A stretch of DNA of 64,000 nucleotides. It comes from Entomortierella parvispora E1425 (Eukaryota > Fungi > Mortierellomycota). The stretch is from NCBI GenBank assembly GCA_020891255.1, contig BQFW01000006.1:1240001-1304000 (forward strand), in the 5' to 3' direction. Below are positions 12,919 to 26,404 of this stretch, piece after piece (the first letter of the stretch is position 1; each line of letters starts with the position of its first letter). A program made the position numbers and the translations under genes. A model generated the notes under the pieces. The model searched no databases. It was not told where the DNA came from and saw nothing but the letters and a program-made list of their open reading frames with translations.

Positions 12919-14149
12919 GGTAGCCAGATGATTTTTTTCGTATCGTTTGAGCGACGATTCTTTTGTGTCTCGTGAACAACTTTGCGTTTTTACAGTTGTC
13001 GCGTCAGCGCGCGCGATCGGATCAGACTGTTGTCGTTAGGGATTTGGCTCGTTTTGTCTTTCTTCTTCGGAGCTCCCTCTTTCTTTGTCATGTCAAACCG
13101 CATGGACGTATACATAGCCTGATAGTGGCTGGTATCAGCGGCAAGAGAGTGCGAAGGAAAAAAGGGGGCTAAACTTCAAATGGACAATGGCGATACAATC
13201 AGTCTTTGCGCAGATGATCGCCCTAGTATTGTCCATATGGGATCGTGATACCAAGTAGGGAGGGGAGGAACGACTGAGGGGGCGGAGTCAAGGGATGAAC
13301 CCTATTGCTCTCGTTATTTGGTATATCTGATGAGACGATCAGATAGAAAGTCGAATTCCGAGCCAAGACTTTTCTTGAGCCGTAGCACGCGCTCAACCAA
13401 TGGCTTCCCCCCCCTCTGCTTGTCCTCTTTCCAATTGCGCATGAAGCTCAGTTGGCAAAATGGCAAATGTCAAAAAAAAAAAAAAAAAAAGAAAGTCAAC
13501 AGAGGAGCCAAGAACCGACTACGGCGCATTTCAGTTGACATGGACAGTTATGCTGACAAATGTCCAAGGGAGAAAAAAAAAGGGGGGGGGGGGGGTCTCT
13601 TTTCTCCTTCTAGATGGTTAATATGGGGGCAGCACCATATTGGCGCCTGCCCGGTAGAACCTGAAAGAACAAACATGGGAGACGAAGAAAAAACATGGCG
13701 GCGCTGCGCATCAAGAAACGGAGCTGTCAATTGATGAGCCTGGACTCTCTTCTTTTTACTTTTGTGTCCTCCCCGGCTGAGCAGCAATTGACTGCCGCAG
13801 CAAGGTTGCTCCCGCCTCCAATAATGTCATTTGACGTTCAATGGGTACACATACAGACTCAAATAAAGTCGACTTTGCTATCAAAATGGTCAACGCATGT
13901 AGTTGACGCGTCCCTGTTACAATGGGCCAGTGGGCCGTTGAGATGTGGCAAATCCTTGTCCATAAGATCGACGAAAAAGCGCAACGCGACAAAAAAAATC
14001 GCTCATTCAAAAATAGTGGAGTAAAGCGCGACACCCAAGGCAAATGCATCCTGTGGCTGAGGGGGCCAAATCAAGGAGATCAGCAGTAACTCAAGAAAGG
14101 ATTTTTCTATTACTTTTGTTTATTAATCCTGGCGACCAGGAGGCAATCG

Positions 14150-16677
14150 CTACCTTGCAACACCCACTGCAAAGACGACCCAGCTGGTAAGGAGCAATAT
14201 GGACCAAAAGAGAATCCAGAAGTGCGCCTGATTCTTTTTACGTTGCGGTACTTCATCTTCTCCGGTTTCGATTTGTACCCCATAGCGCTCCTCAGCACTG
14301 TCACTGTCACTCTCGGAACTCGAGTTCTCCTCTTCTTCGACCCTTCCATCGGACCTACCTCCGTTCCGGTCGATTCTTTCTCCACCACCACCCTCTTGTC
14401 GCACACTCGAACGATTTCCCGGCCTGGGATCCGTCGACCGAGTTTGTGATCTATCCAATCCACGGAGTTCGCCCGAGTCCGCATTACTATGGAAGTGTGC
14501 GTTGGGTCCAATTTCGGCCATAGACACTTCCTCTGCATCTGGCTCATCCTCCAGCTCAAAGATTGGCTCAAATGTCATGGCTTCCAAAACTTCATGGCTT
14601 CTCCTGTCCTGTCTGCGACCCCTTATCGAGCGCCTGGAAGTTCCTTTGGATGCTTGGTGCCTGTTTCCGTATACGCCATTCACTAATCCGGTCTTGCCAC
14701 CCTCTCCATCTGTCCAATGGTAGTCTCCCCAGACAAAGACGGCGCAAGCGATAAAAAGAAGTATGGCAACTGCCAGGAACATGCCTAATAACCGAACATC
14801 TTCGATTTCCTGCTGGGTTTTGTCTTCCTGAGCTGGAAAGAAAGTATGATAGAGTCGATCGAAAAAGCTCTCTGTCTCTGAGTTGCCATCGACATCCACA
14901 CCTGCAGAATCCTGGAGCATGCCTGAAATTGTTCCCACCAATGTTGCCCCAATGTTGTCAATGGATCGATGGAGTCCCAGTCCTGTAGGTACGTGTTTTG
15001 TCAAAACCGGCATGCTGGTGACGATCGAAAGAGTTCCCAAAGAAAGCGAGAGCGCAAAGAGAAGCATGGGGATCGTCGGCGGAATAGGTACAGCCGTGTA
15101 TGGTATCAGCAGTATGAGGTGTGTGGCGATGAGCAATCCCGCAGTGATAAGCAACAGCCACGCGCGTTTTCCTGAGCGATCAATGTAATGACCCAAGAAA
15201 GGGTATATGGCAAGAGGAACCGCCAGAATCACTGAGGCTTCCCATCCTGCCTGCTCGTCTGTCAATCCGTAGCGGTGCTTTACAATGTTGCTGTTGCGAA
15301 TCACGTAACAAACCATGATGTTAGATAGGCTGGACATTGATAAACCATGTCGCGTCTCCATCATCCTTCCCTATTACCTCGACTGATGCATAAATGGGTT
15401 CCAACTCGATCCAACCAAGAAGGATATGGTGAGCAAAGTCCAGAACATACTGGAAAACCCATATACTTCACGCCATCCCAGACGCGTTTGCTTGGCCTTT
15501 AGTAGGATGGTGATCTTGGTCATTGTGTCGGTCCCTTCTTTTGGTTTCCTCAGAAGAATCAAGAAGACGATATTCATGAACCATGCAAGGAGCGAAATGA
15601 CCAAAGATACCATAAATGGAGTAACAAATCCGAAGGGCTGTAATTCCGTCAATGGCACAGAGGCTGCCAGAGCGATGAATCCCGATAGTTTTCCACTCGT
15701 CAGTCCTAATGCCAACACCAGCGCCAGTCCGTTTTTTTTGAAGTAGCGAACCCACATTGTCTCCTGAATGATGGTGATGGGTGCAGCACCGAGACTACAA
15801 TGTGAAGAAAATCCACCGGACGTCAGTTAAAGAGTAACTCAGTAAGAGACATGCGCCCTCCCATCAAACTACTTTACCCAAATAGGCAGTATCCAATGAT
15901 CATGACCTTCACAGAGTACGTCCAGCAGCCCAGAATGACGATGGCTTGTCCTGCGATGATGATTGTAGTAAAGACGATTGAGCTGGGTCCTGTTCCATAC
16001 CGCTCCACCAACAATCCTCCGATGAGCGGCATCAATGTCGGAAATAATGTAAGGGACGACTGCAGCAAAGAAAATTGTGTGTTGGAAATTCCTATGTTCT
16101 ACGAGATAGAAGGAACGAGCAACATCTGCTAGGATGAGATTTCTTGGTAAACCAAAACCCAAAAAAAGTCTGCCCTCACCGACCGCTACCTCCTAACAAC
16201 ATATGATAGCCTTACCTCTTTGAGCACATCCTTTAGCGGACCCGTCATGTGCAATGTGAAATGACTTGAAACTCCGAGCAAAGCCGCGCAAAAGAAAGCC
16301 TGTATCCGAATAGCCCAAGCAGCAGCATCGTCCTTGGGACTGAGCTCCCCCTCGTCATCGTCGTTCTCTTGAGGAAGCCTTTGATGGTCGATAAAGTCTC
16401 TTCTCTCTGACGGCCGAACCAACTCTTGCTCTTCACTGTTGCTATGTTGACTCTGCCCTTCGTCCTCTTCTTCAGCCTCGTCCTCGTCACCAAATTCTAT
16501 ATTGCTGTGATGGCGACCATCCACAGACGAGTGTTCCTTTGATGAGTCTTGCGTGAAAGAGGTTACTTCAGCAGGGTTGCTGGATCCAGCAACCTGTTCT
16601 CTAGAAAGCCGAGGGTGGAGTGGGGTATCTTGGATACTTGAATCGAGAGGTTGGTAGTCGACACGACTCCGTGACAT
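14150..16677 (-). CDS. Major facilitator superfamily transporter, MFSD1-like (multi-exon)
   Basis: Exon ORFs give hydrophobic TM segments with HFTLHMTGPLKDVLKE, LQSSLTLFPTLMPLIGGLLVERYG, GLTSGKL and PFLGHYIDRSGKR, plus acidic N-terminal and loop regions. Confidence 0.85.
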
Positions 16678-17477
16678 TGCGGGAGTAGATGTGAGGTCGG
16701 ACTGGTCCTGATTGTCGGATGGTTCAAAGGTGAATGAAAAGAATGTTGTGGTGCGCCTTGAGAAACATCATGGATACGATCACGTGATTGGAACAGCAGT
16801 GGTGACGCCTGGACTCGACCGTGGAGTCGAGGAGTCAGCAATTGGGAACATTATCCTCGAGAAAGAACGACGACAGGCCTACTATGCAGTCTACCAGTGA
16901 AACGGGTGAACTTTGCAGACGTTGCTTGTCCGTCCGTTGGAAGGGCTGTCCGTAGGGCCATGGTTATCTGAAGGAGAGAGGGAAGAACACAACGAACGCC
17001 ACGACGCCGTGCACGTCTTGCAATCTTTGAAATTTGATCAACATCAACAATATTAAAAAATCTGTGAATGCGCGTGTGCGGGCCGGACAGAGCGGCAGGA
17101 GAGAGAGAGAGAGTGAGATAGTGCGTGTGTTGAGTCTGGCCAAAATGCTTGGAAAGTTGCTGTTTTTTTTTCTTTCCTTGCTGCTCTGGGCTGTGATTCG
17201 TCCCACACACAATTTTGGAGAAGGGGGCATTTTTTTTTTTTTTTTTTGGCTCTGACACAGGACAGGCCGAGAAGAAGAAGAGGCGAGAGCAGCACGCACA
17301 ACAGCAGTGTTGCCAAACAACACGGCTCTGCTCCCAGAGAGGAGTGCAGGCAGAGGCAAAGCGTGCAAGAGGGCAGAGGGCTGGAGGGGGCAGGGCAGAG
17401 AGGAGGTTTGAGTGGATGGTTGTTGAGCAGCGACAACAACAAGCTTGGGTTTGATGATTATTATTGTGTTGCGTGTG

Positions 17478-17520
17478 TGCGTGTGTGTGTGTGTGTCTGT
17501 GTGTGTCTGTGTGTTGTGTG
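17478..17520. repeat. (GT)n/(CT-GT) microsatellite in a low-complexity region upstream of the HMG gene
   Basis: Run of GTGTGT repeats is visible directly, with nearby (GA)n and poly-T tracts. Confidence 0.8.
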
Positions 17521-18409
17521 GTCACGCAGAGCTGTCCACTCAAGAGAGAGAAGAGAGTGCGCACTTTTTCCACTTTTCCACCCCGCAGGCACTCTCACTC
17601 AAAAGACAGCCAAAAAGTCGCCGCGGCTCTTTTTCCCCCTCTCTTTCTCCCATATCCTTTTCACTCACCCTTTTCACCCCCTCCCCCCCTCCAAGTAAGT
17701 GTCCCACTCCTGCTCTGTTTTTGCCTGCCCCAGTGCTGCCTCTGTGCTTTTTGGCTGTCTGCCACCGCTGGCTGACCTTTGTCGGTGTCTGGTCAGCAAC
17801 CAACAAGCCCACAAAATAATCACACTCTTGAAAAATCAACGTGTGTGTGTTGTGTCTTTTCTTCCCAGCCCTTTCTTGCTCAGGGCCCATCCTCCATCCT
17901 CACATCACCCCCCATCCCCATCCACCCCCAAATGTGCTCATCATCACCCACTTTCACCTGCACGTCTACTCTCACAGACATGTTCGTGTCGTGAGTGATA
18001 CTCTGATTGCAGTCCTCTCTGGGCATCTCATGAGTATGATTCCGGTGATGCCATGAAATCGCGGTGTCATTCATCGATCATGGTCATGACCGACCTTGAT
18101 GACATGTATCGCCAGGGACCGTAATCCAAGAAGTCGCGTGTTTCTTGTTTGTCCGAGGGTAGATCTGGCTCCAGCGTGTGGGATTGTAAATGTTCAAAAG
18201 ACGAAATTCACAATTGGAACGGACGCGTTTTTTTTTTTTTACCTTTTTTTTCTCTCTTTGTTTCCTTTTTTTTCAGAGAGAAAAAGAGAACGCGTGTCCA
18301 TCAGTGCACCTTTTTTATTTTATTTTTATTTTTATTGTTGCCACCAACGAGTCCTAAGTCTGACTGTTCTTCTTTTCCATCCGCCGTAACGAAAACAGAC
18401 CCATCCAAC

Positions 18410-18996
18410 ATGCCCAAGGTTGTCCCAAAGAAGGACCAGAAGGTCTCCAAGCGAGGCAAGAACGAAGACGTCAAGAAAAAGCGCAGAAAAAACAAGGTCA
18501 AGAAGGATCCCAATGCCCCCAAGAAGCCCGTCTCTGCCTACCTCTTGTTCTGCGAGGAGTGGCGCGAGAAGGTTCGCGCCGAGCACGCCGAGGCTTCCTT
18601 CGGTATGTGCACTGAACTATGACCCTTCCGGAAGATTGAAAAACAAGAATTCTGTCGTCATTATACTTACACTCTTAACCCCATTTTGTATTCTCTAGGT
18701 GAAATCGGTCGTCTTCTCGGAGAGCAGTGGAGAGGCTACTCGGAGGATCAGAAGGCTGTAAGTTGACACGCCTTGCCTGTTGTTCCTTGAAGAATCCAGA
18801 AGTCATAGGAAGATAAGCGGGGGTTCATTTGGAGGAGACCAGACATTTAACACCATATCATCCATATCTTTAGCCTTACCTTGCCAAGCAGCACAAGAAC
18901 AAGGCCAAGTACGACGAGGAGCTCAAGAAGTACAACGAGTCCAAGGATGTTGCCGAAGATGATGATGAGGATGAGGAGGATGAGGAGTCCGATTAA
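18410..18996 (+). CDS. NHP6: NHP6/HMGB-type non-sequence-specific HMG-box protein with acidic tail (3 coding exons; possible 5' UTR intron 17695-18398)
   Basis: MPKVVPKK...[34 protein letters not shown]|[20 protein letters not shown]|[20 protein letters not shown]...[12 protein letters not shown]. Confidence 0.93.
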
Positions 18997-19489
18997 ATAG
19001 GTCAAGAACTCCACCAGCCCGACCAAACTCTCCGTCGGCTTTGCCAGCTGTTTCCTCTCAATGATGCTTCCTTTTTTACCCTTTGCCCACCAACGATTGG
19101 ATCCGCCCGCTCAGGTGCGACTTGGTCCCCTTTCTTTATCTTTACCTCTTGCTCTGTGTTCTCCAGATTTGCATCGATCGTTGTGTGCTGTACTATTATT
19201 ATAAACGTCTTTGTGTTTCCCTTGATCCGAGAACTGCCAGCAGCCTGTGGTCGGGGAGCCTTTGGCCCATGACTGAGAAGTATTGTGCTGTGGAATGGTC
19301 GCAGTCACAGGTTGGGAGAATGAATGCGAAAAGAAAGAGAGAGCATGCTTCTCTTTCTTTCCGCATTCATTCCTTCGTTTGCCTGTTCACTCCTCATTGT
19401 TCTCCCTGGCATATTGCTTCACACTTTTCCTCCTTCCAACACTTTCTTCTATCCTCTCTCTGTGCTTCAAGAACAATCCTTCTCCACGA

Positions 19490-19932
19490 ATGTTTCAAGT
19501 TACAAGCCGTCGAATCTCATTCACGCGATTCGCGCAATGCACGCGTGCCCCCCTGGCGAAGACCGCGCTTCTTCTTGCTTTCGATAGACCAAGACGGTCT
19601 CTTGGTCACTGTCGAGGGGAACACAGGACTAATGTATACCAGTTCCCTCGACTTACCTGCGTCTTCTAGAAGCTGATATCTGTCCAGCTAACTTAGCATG
19701 CCCCAACACTCATGAACCTAGGCCACAGTCGCCCACCATAACAAGAAGATGGCGATTCTCTTTCCAGGTACGTGAAGAGATGTACAACCCCATCGAAGCT
19801 CGATTCAGGCGTGGCCTGAGGGAACTGAGTCCATGGGGTTGAAAAAGACTTTTTTCTTCAAAAAAAAAAAAAGAGTTTATTTCTTCTTTGTACGACCGTC
19901 GGACCCTTCCGCTAACTTTTTCGTTTCTCGGG

Positions 19933-19963
<31 letters not shown>

Positions 19964-21342
19964 CATTTTTCGCTCCCACACACTTAGGACAAGGATCGCA
20001 GTTTGTCGGGATGGGTCGGGATCTCTACGACACATTCGAAGTGGCGCGTCAGGTGGTGGATGAAGCAGATGAAGCACTCGGTGGTACCTTGAAAGAGGTT
20101 ATGTTCCACGGCTCACAAGAAGACCTGACGAGAACAGAAAACGCTCAGCCAGCCATTTTGACGACCTCTATCGCCATGCTTCGAGTCCTTGAGCGTGAGA
20201 AAGGATTGGATTTGGGAGGGTCGTATGATTTTGCGTTGGGTCATTCCTTAGGGGAGTACTCTGCCCTTGTAGCCACAGGAGCTGTTCCGCTCTCCGATGC
20301 CGTGAAGTTGGTCGTAGGTTTTTTATGACAGTTCCATCCTAATCTGGTCTCTCCTCCCAAGACTACCCCAGAATTCTGACTCTATGAAAAATATTCTAAC
20401 CCCAACATGAACCCCAACATGATTGTAGCGACTTCGTGGACTCGCAATGTCCAACGCCGTGACAGACAAAGGCACCACCGCCATGTCTGCTTTGGTGGTA
20501 CGCCCAGGAAAACTGTCTGAGCTAGTGAAAACCATGGCGGCCATCCAGTCCGAGCTTTACACCGATGAAGTGGCAGAGATTGCAAATATCAACAGCGTGA
20601 GTACCATGGCGGTCACCTTCCCTGCTTATTTTGGTCCGCCTGTTAAGTCTTTGTATTCCAATTACTTTTAGTCTTTCCAAGTCGTTATCAGCGGAACATC
20701 GGAAGGCGTACGATATTCCTCAAGAGTTCTCCAAAACCTAAAGATTGCTGCACGAGCTGTCGACCTACCTGTTTCGTAAGATATTGGTTTGACTTTACAC
20801 ATTAGTTACCTAGTTACCATGGCCATATACTAAGAATCCTGTGTGACCTTTGGACATTAGGGCACCATTTCACTGTGCTTTGATGCACCCTGCGGCCGAA
20901 GAAATGACAGAAGCCCTGAAGTCGATAGACTTTAAACCTCCATCCACCAGCGTGGTGTCCAATGTTACCGCCCGACCTGTAAGTTCATAATCTGTAGGCC
21001 CTTATTTGTACAAACATCTAATCTAGTTTTCTTTTGATTTTTATCCTCCCAGCTCCTGAATGAGGATGTTATCTCCTCCCTTCTCGTGCAACAGGTCACT
21101 GAAACTGTTCAGTGGCACGAGAGCATCAGCTTCTTGAGAGAACAGGGTGTTTCCGACTTTCTTTGCCTTGGGCCAGGAAAGGTGCTAGCCAACCTCCTCA
21201 AAAAGGAGTATCCCCATGACAATATACAGTAAGTGACAAAAAGCACATTGTTCAGACCGAGATCCCTGACCCAAACAGTCATTAACTTGCTTTAATCCCT
21301 TCTTGTTATAGATCTATGGCCACAGTTGATGATATTAAATAA
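19490..21342 (+). CDS. MCT1: Mitochondrial malonyl-CoA:ACP transacylase (multi-exon)
   Basis: Arg-rich presequence MFQVTSRRISFTRF; AILFP|GQGSQ; TENAQPAI; active-site GHSLGEY; later exons contain NINS, VVISG, SAPFHC.LM, VSNVTA and QVTETVQW. Confidence 0.92.
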
Positions 21343-21364
21343 ATAACCAACGGATTGAATATGG

Positions 21365-22204
21365 TCAACTGTGCCTCAAGTTTGCGCATCCATGGTGTTG
21401 CTGCAAGTTCCGTTGCTGATCCTTTAGTAGTTCAGGACTGATCCTTCTCTGAGCCTCTTCTACTGAGTTTTCCCCTGTTCCTTCCGCGCTTGGTAGTGTG
21501 GAATTGGTCCAACTGGCCGAGTCATCAGAAGGAGCAGTTGTGAGATCTGCAAAATTCTGGTCGAGTCTTTCCAGGATCGAGTTCAGGACTTTTTCTCCTC
21601 TTTGCTGCAACTCGGAAAGCTGTGTGGAGGCCGAAGACTTTGCGGATGTTGAAGACTGCGATGATGAAGGAGAGATGGACGACGGATCATGATGGACCTT
21701 TGCGGGCAGGACTTTGGCCGGGGGTCGAATGGGCTGCTGGGATCCAGGGCCCATTTTTTCGGTCTCAGGTGCTCTTGAAAGGTATCGCTGGATTTCCAGA
21801 TCTCCCAATTTGGCTGCCAAGGCGTTGGCAGAGACCTGCCCCTGACGGTGATGAGACACACTGTCATTGCTATGAGAAGAACTTTTGTTTTGACCATGTT
21901 CATGGTGATGGCTTTGGTGGTGGCGGTGGGGGGAGTTGAGATTAGGCCGGTGCTGGTGATGGCGATGGTGCTGGTGCTCATGATCGTGATGAGGATGGGA
22001 GTGCTTGTCATATCTGTGGTGTGCCAGCATTTGCTGTTGGCCTGACGGCATGTTGGCTGTAGCAGGGTACGGCTCGCTGATCGTGTGAGCATGCTGTGGA
22101 ATCGCGACAAACTCTGTGGTCCCAGAAGACTCTGGCTGCTGGTGAAGCTTTGGCAAGGCTGTGAAAACCTGCTGCTGACGGGGATGATGGTCTTCGGACA
22201 CCAT
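21365..22204 (-). CDS. Hypothetical His/Ser/Gln-rich low-complexity protein (~279 aa, intronless)
   Basis: Long open frame from ATG 22204 with a His-rich tract and a short helical segment (LSELQQRGEKVLNSILERLDQ). No family recognised. Confidence 0.5.
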   Translation of the reverse strand: MVSEDHHPRQQQVFTALPKLHQQPESSGTTEFVAIPQHAHTISEPYPATANMPSGQQQMLAHHRYDKHSHPHHDHEHQHHRHHQHRPNLNSPHRHHQSHHHEHGQNKSSSHSNDSVSHHRQGQVSANALAAKLGDLEIQRYLSRAPETEKMGPGSQQPIRPPAKVLPAKVHHDPSSISPSSSQSSTSAKSSASTQLSELQQRGEKVLNSILERLDQNFADLTTAPSDDSASWTNSTLPSAEGTGENSVEEAQRRISPELLKDQQRNLQQHHGCANLRHS

Positions 22205-22521
22205 CACTTTGTGACAGAAGGAAAGATCTACAGTCTGTTGGTGATATTGGTTGTGTACAAGTGACAGAAGTAAAGATGAGAGAAGTGAATGCAAGTGATG
22301 CACCTTGTATTGTTTTTTCTGGGTAAAGCATCTTGTGAGGAAGAGAGGGGGAGTCAAAGACCAAAAGGGGTTCATGCCGCACTGATGACGACCCCTTTGC
22401 AATTCTCCGACAAAGGTCCTGCGCCCGCCCTAGCGTCTTGATAATCATTGTTTAGCGACCTTTTGAGGTCTCTTTATTGTTTTTGGAGGTATATTTCTAG
22501 TACGTTGTTGTAATGATATTT

Positions 22522-23825
22522 CTATACAAGGATGGATCGCAAGTACTCGTCGACATCTTTCCAAGCCTGGCCATCAAAGCCATTGACACGGAATCCGATA
22601 TGAGAATCAGGCCGGACCACGATGATACCACCTTGGCCTCTGTTCCACGCGCAACCGTAGCGTTGATGGAGGACTTTGGTGTTATCCACAAAGACCTTTC
22701 CGTTACCCATGGACTTGTTCATCAACAATTCTAGACCGCTCACATCCGAAGAGACAGATCCTGCAACGACATGGGCCTTGAACAAGTCCGTGTCCTCGAA
22801 GCCATCCCTCAGTGTCGTGGAAAAGAACCATCGCTTACGCCACTCGGTCAGGAAGTGATCCATGTTCTCAGCAAGGGGTTTGGCACTCAGAGCCCGCTTG
22901 GGCGAAGCAAAGGTATCAGAGGTAAACACCACAATGTGGAACCGCCCCACTCCCTTGAGCAAACTTTGGAGTCGAGTGGACGTCTCATTGGTGCCGACCT
23001 TCTCCGCTGCTCCCTTTCCAGGGATCACCTCTACAAGTGGGCCATCCGCAGCCCGAACACCGACTTGGAAATCGGCCTCTGGCTTAGGTTGCTTTGGGTG
23101 GGGTTTGTTGAGACTGTTCTCGACATAACGGACCTTGAGCTATGGGGGTTCAACGTATGCAGTGTGAGCAAAACGGCGATTCAGTCTGACCACGAAAGAA
23201 ATAGTTTGGCAAAAAAAAAAAAAAAAAAAAAAAAGAGTACTGTACCATTGCGACTTCTGGACGGAAGAAGGAAATTTGGAACAAAGGTCCCAAGAGGGGT
23301 CCGACAACGGTCAAGAGGAAGGCCCTGATGTCGGCGATGAATCCCGTAGCCCTGTTCCTGTGCAACAAGAAGGAAGACAGTTCAATCGCTCTGTCGGCCA
23401 TCGGCTTTCGTTCGTCATACGAGGCCAACAAAGCAGGAGGTGCAACTCCGTTCAAGACCATGGCCAATTTCCAAGCCAGGTTGTGCGCATCCTGAAGACC
23501 GGTGTTGAGTCCCTGACCGCCTGCTGGGGAATGGACGTGAGCAGAGTCTCCTGCGAGGAAGATTCTGTCCTGGTAGATGAACTGCCCCGCTCGCCTCTCG
23601 TTGACCTTGTAGCAGGTCAGCCAATTGGTCGTCTTGATCTTGAAGGGAGTTCCTAGCGTAGCCGAGGCGAGTTCTTCAAATCGCTCGATGGTCGTATTCT
23701 TCATGCTGTCCGCCCATTTTTCTTCGGGGGCAAAGAATCCATCCTCGACAACGGCGCGCACGTTGCCATCGCTCAGAGGGAACAAGATAAATGTCTTTTT
23801 GTTCGCACCTCGCATGAAACTAGTC

Positions 23826-23861
<36 letters not shown>

Positions 23862-24689
23862 TCAATTTGGAAAGCCCTCTTTGATTGATGATTGGAAGTG
23901 ACAAAAGTCAACTTACTTGATGCCAGGGAAATCCAGGGCGCACTCATAGGTGCCATCCCACATCAACGTCTTAAAGTCCAGTGTTCGACCTGGGAATGGG
24001 ATGTTGAGCTTGTGTCTAACTGTAGAACGTCCGCCGTCGGCAGCAACCATGTACTCGGATCGAATGACCTCGATCTCATATTCTTTGCCTTCTTGTTCCT
24101 CTCTTTCATCTACGACGCCAATAGCCGTCTTTTCGCCTGGTGCATTGTTGTCACCTGAGAGGGCTCGTCGAATCGTTGTTTCCACATAGCTTGTCTTTTC
24201 TCCCCCAGGGGTCGACTCATGGACGACCTTGGTGTCCATCACTTCCCACCCATAGTCTATTTCGACCCCGAGTTCCTTGAGCTCCTTGATAAAGATATGT
24301 GAGGTCTTGGCTTGTTCCAAGAACAAGCCGTAGCTGTGATTGGACTCTGAGGTTCCAACGACCGGAAGGGTAGCCACTTTGCGTCCCATGGACCAGAGGT
24401 TCAGTTCTGTGATGGGCTGTCCCTGTTCCAGGAATCGATCGATGGATCCTGTCATGTCAAGAATCTCTAGACTGCGAGCTTGCATGCCCAAGGCCTTGGA
24501 CATGGGCGACACGGAAGTCTCTCGCTCGATGACACGGACTTTGATGCCGAGCTTGGTGAGGAGGAGTGCCTCATAGAGTCCAACAGGTCCTCCACCAGCG
24601 ATCAAGACGGGTACAGAGGAGGAGGTTGTCCTTGAGGAAGAACTCGAGACCGAGGACGAGGATTGAGCTGCTTCTGCCAGCATGGTCAT
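22522..24689 (-). CDS. FAD-dependent aromatic monooxygenase (phenol 2-monooxygenase/FAD_binding_3 type), paralog A
   Basis: VLIAGGGPVGL (GxGxxG), AADGGRSTVR (DG motif), IFLAGDSAHVHSPAGGQGLNTGLQDAHNLAWKL (GD motif) and C-terminal VVRPDSHIGFRV. Two introns restore frame. Confidence 0.95.
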
Positions 24690-26404
24690 GTCAGTATGTG
24701 TTGTAGTGAGGGGTCACTTAAGAAAGGGGGTCGGGAAGCAGGATGATGTCTTCAGGAGTTGGAGTTGGAGGGATTGCTGCTGAGAGAAGGTATTTGCGAG
24801 TGATGTTCTTTGGATAGTTGGGTGGTGATGAGGATGATGGTGAATGATGAGAAAAGGAGAGGGAAGAGAGGCCACAGGTCACCTTTTTATATCTTTTTTG
24901 TCCCTCGGGGAACATCCTTCGAATCAAAAGGCGGCCACAGCTGTCGTCCAGGACTGGATACGACCGAGAGGCAGGTTCAAGGTCCTCTTTCATGCACGCT
25001 GCACAGTGCCACAGCGCAGAAAGGAGGGGTTATTCACCGGTCGCTCTCTCCTTCACACGGTATGTTACGCCAAGAGTCAGGATAAATGGTCCTTCCGCTC
25101 TTGGTGACTATCAAAACGTCTGCTGCCGTGCACGCGTACCATCGGACTTTTGGTCACCGCGCCCATCCAGCAAACACACACCCTCCTCTACAAACGAATG
25201 AAGGCCACAGTTCACTCTTTCCTCCTGCACCATTACCACCAACAACAACAACATCGACAACAATATGAACCATGTCTACAACAACCGTACGCCCCAACCT
25301 TGACGGGCTTAACCTCGTCAACTTATCTGAGCATAAAATAAAAGAGCACAGACACTCGATGATATTTCCTTTTTGAGGCGCATCATAAGGGCAATCGCGG
25401 ATGGCGACGTGGTTGTCCTTTTTGCGCTTGGCTCTTGGGCTGAATCTGTGGCTGCGTAGTTCGGTTCTTATTTTTCGGGATTAAGTTCTGCCGGTGAAGA
25501 CCTTCCTATTCCCTTTTCCAATTGCTGCCCTTTTTTGACCTCGCGGCTCCCGGCCCTTTGATCCTGTTTCCCCCCACCTTTTTCCAAATTGGGTTTTTTG
25601 AAAGTCGAAAAGCCAAGGGAAATCAAATTGCCTCTAAACCTCCCCGAATTTGTACGGTTGGACAAACGCCAAGAGTCAGCAGATGAAAGAGAGAGTCATT
25701 CGCGAGATTCAGTTTTTGTGACGAGACGTCTAGAATAGGCGAGTGGCAGGAACCACTAGGCGCGAAAACGCTCCGCGGCCATCCTCAATGGACTCTAGGC
25801 GAGAATGGAGATTGATCCCGCAGCCCTGTCTCTCCCCGCTCTCCCTGCTCGTTCCTGTTGGATGATGCATGTACAGCACGGAGCCCCATCCCAAAGAAAA
25901 GAAACCGAGTCGGATAGGTACCCTTTGCGATCTCACGACGATCAGACTGCGCTGTTTCTTCACTCTTGTGTCCAATTCTCTCGCGCCCATAGAAGTGATG
26001 GGTGAGTGTGTGCTACACTGCACTTCGTGTTTGGAACAAGCACCATTGATACTCGCGCCTGATGACGCGATGCTGCGGGGAGTATTCCTCCGACTCTATA
26101 CCACATGCACAACAACAAAAAAAAAAAAAAAAAAAAAAAAAGGACCTCATTGGCCTTGGAGGGTGCGCCTCCGGTCCCCTTCCTCTTCAAAATACAATAG
26201 GCTAGGGGATTCGAAGTAAGGGAATACGAATGGCCGACATCCGACAGCAACAACAACACTCGCTTCTTGCTGACAAGGAGTGCGCACAACTACAGTACAG
26301 AGCGCCAAGGTCCTTTGCGGGCAATGACTTTTTATTATTAGATTGTCGTCAATTGAGAACATCCCCCCAGCGTGTACTGATGCTTTGAGAAAAAAAAAAG
26401 GCGC

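Noticed and set aside
13725-13795. C/D-box snoRNA-like arrangement (TGATGA...CTGA with GTCAATTG/CAATTGAC stem)
   Set aside because: The boxes are only ~45 nt apart, box C is imperfect, and no guide target was identified.
16851-17573. 240-aa minus-strand ORF and a 36-codon uORF upstream of the MFS gene
   Set aside because: The ORF is made of microsatellite and homopolymer translations. The uORF has no recognisable conserved peptide.
18410-18996. HMG-box gene next to a transporter as a Mucorales-type sex locus (sexP/sexM)
   Set aside because: The protein is NHP6/HMGB-type (KDPNAPKKP, acidic tail), not MATA-HMG. The neighbours are an MFS transporter and MCT1, not a triose-phosphate transporter and RNA helicase.
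19490-21342. MCT1 as part of a secondary-metabolite cluster with the monooxygenases
   Set aside because: It has a mitochondrial presequence and is the standard FAS II enzyme; no PKS or ACP is nearby.
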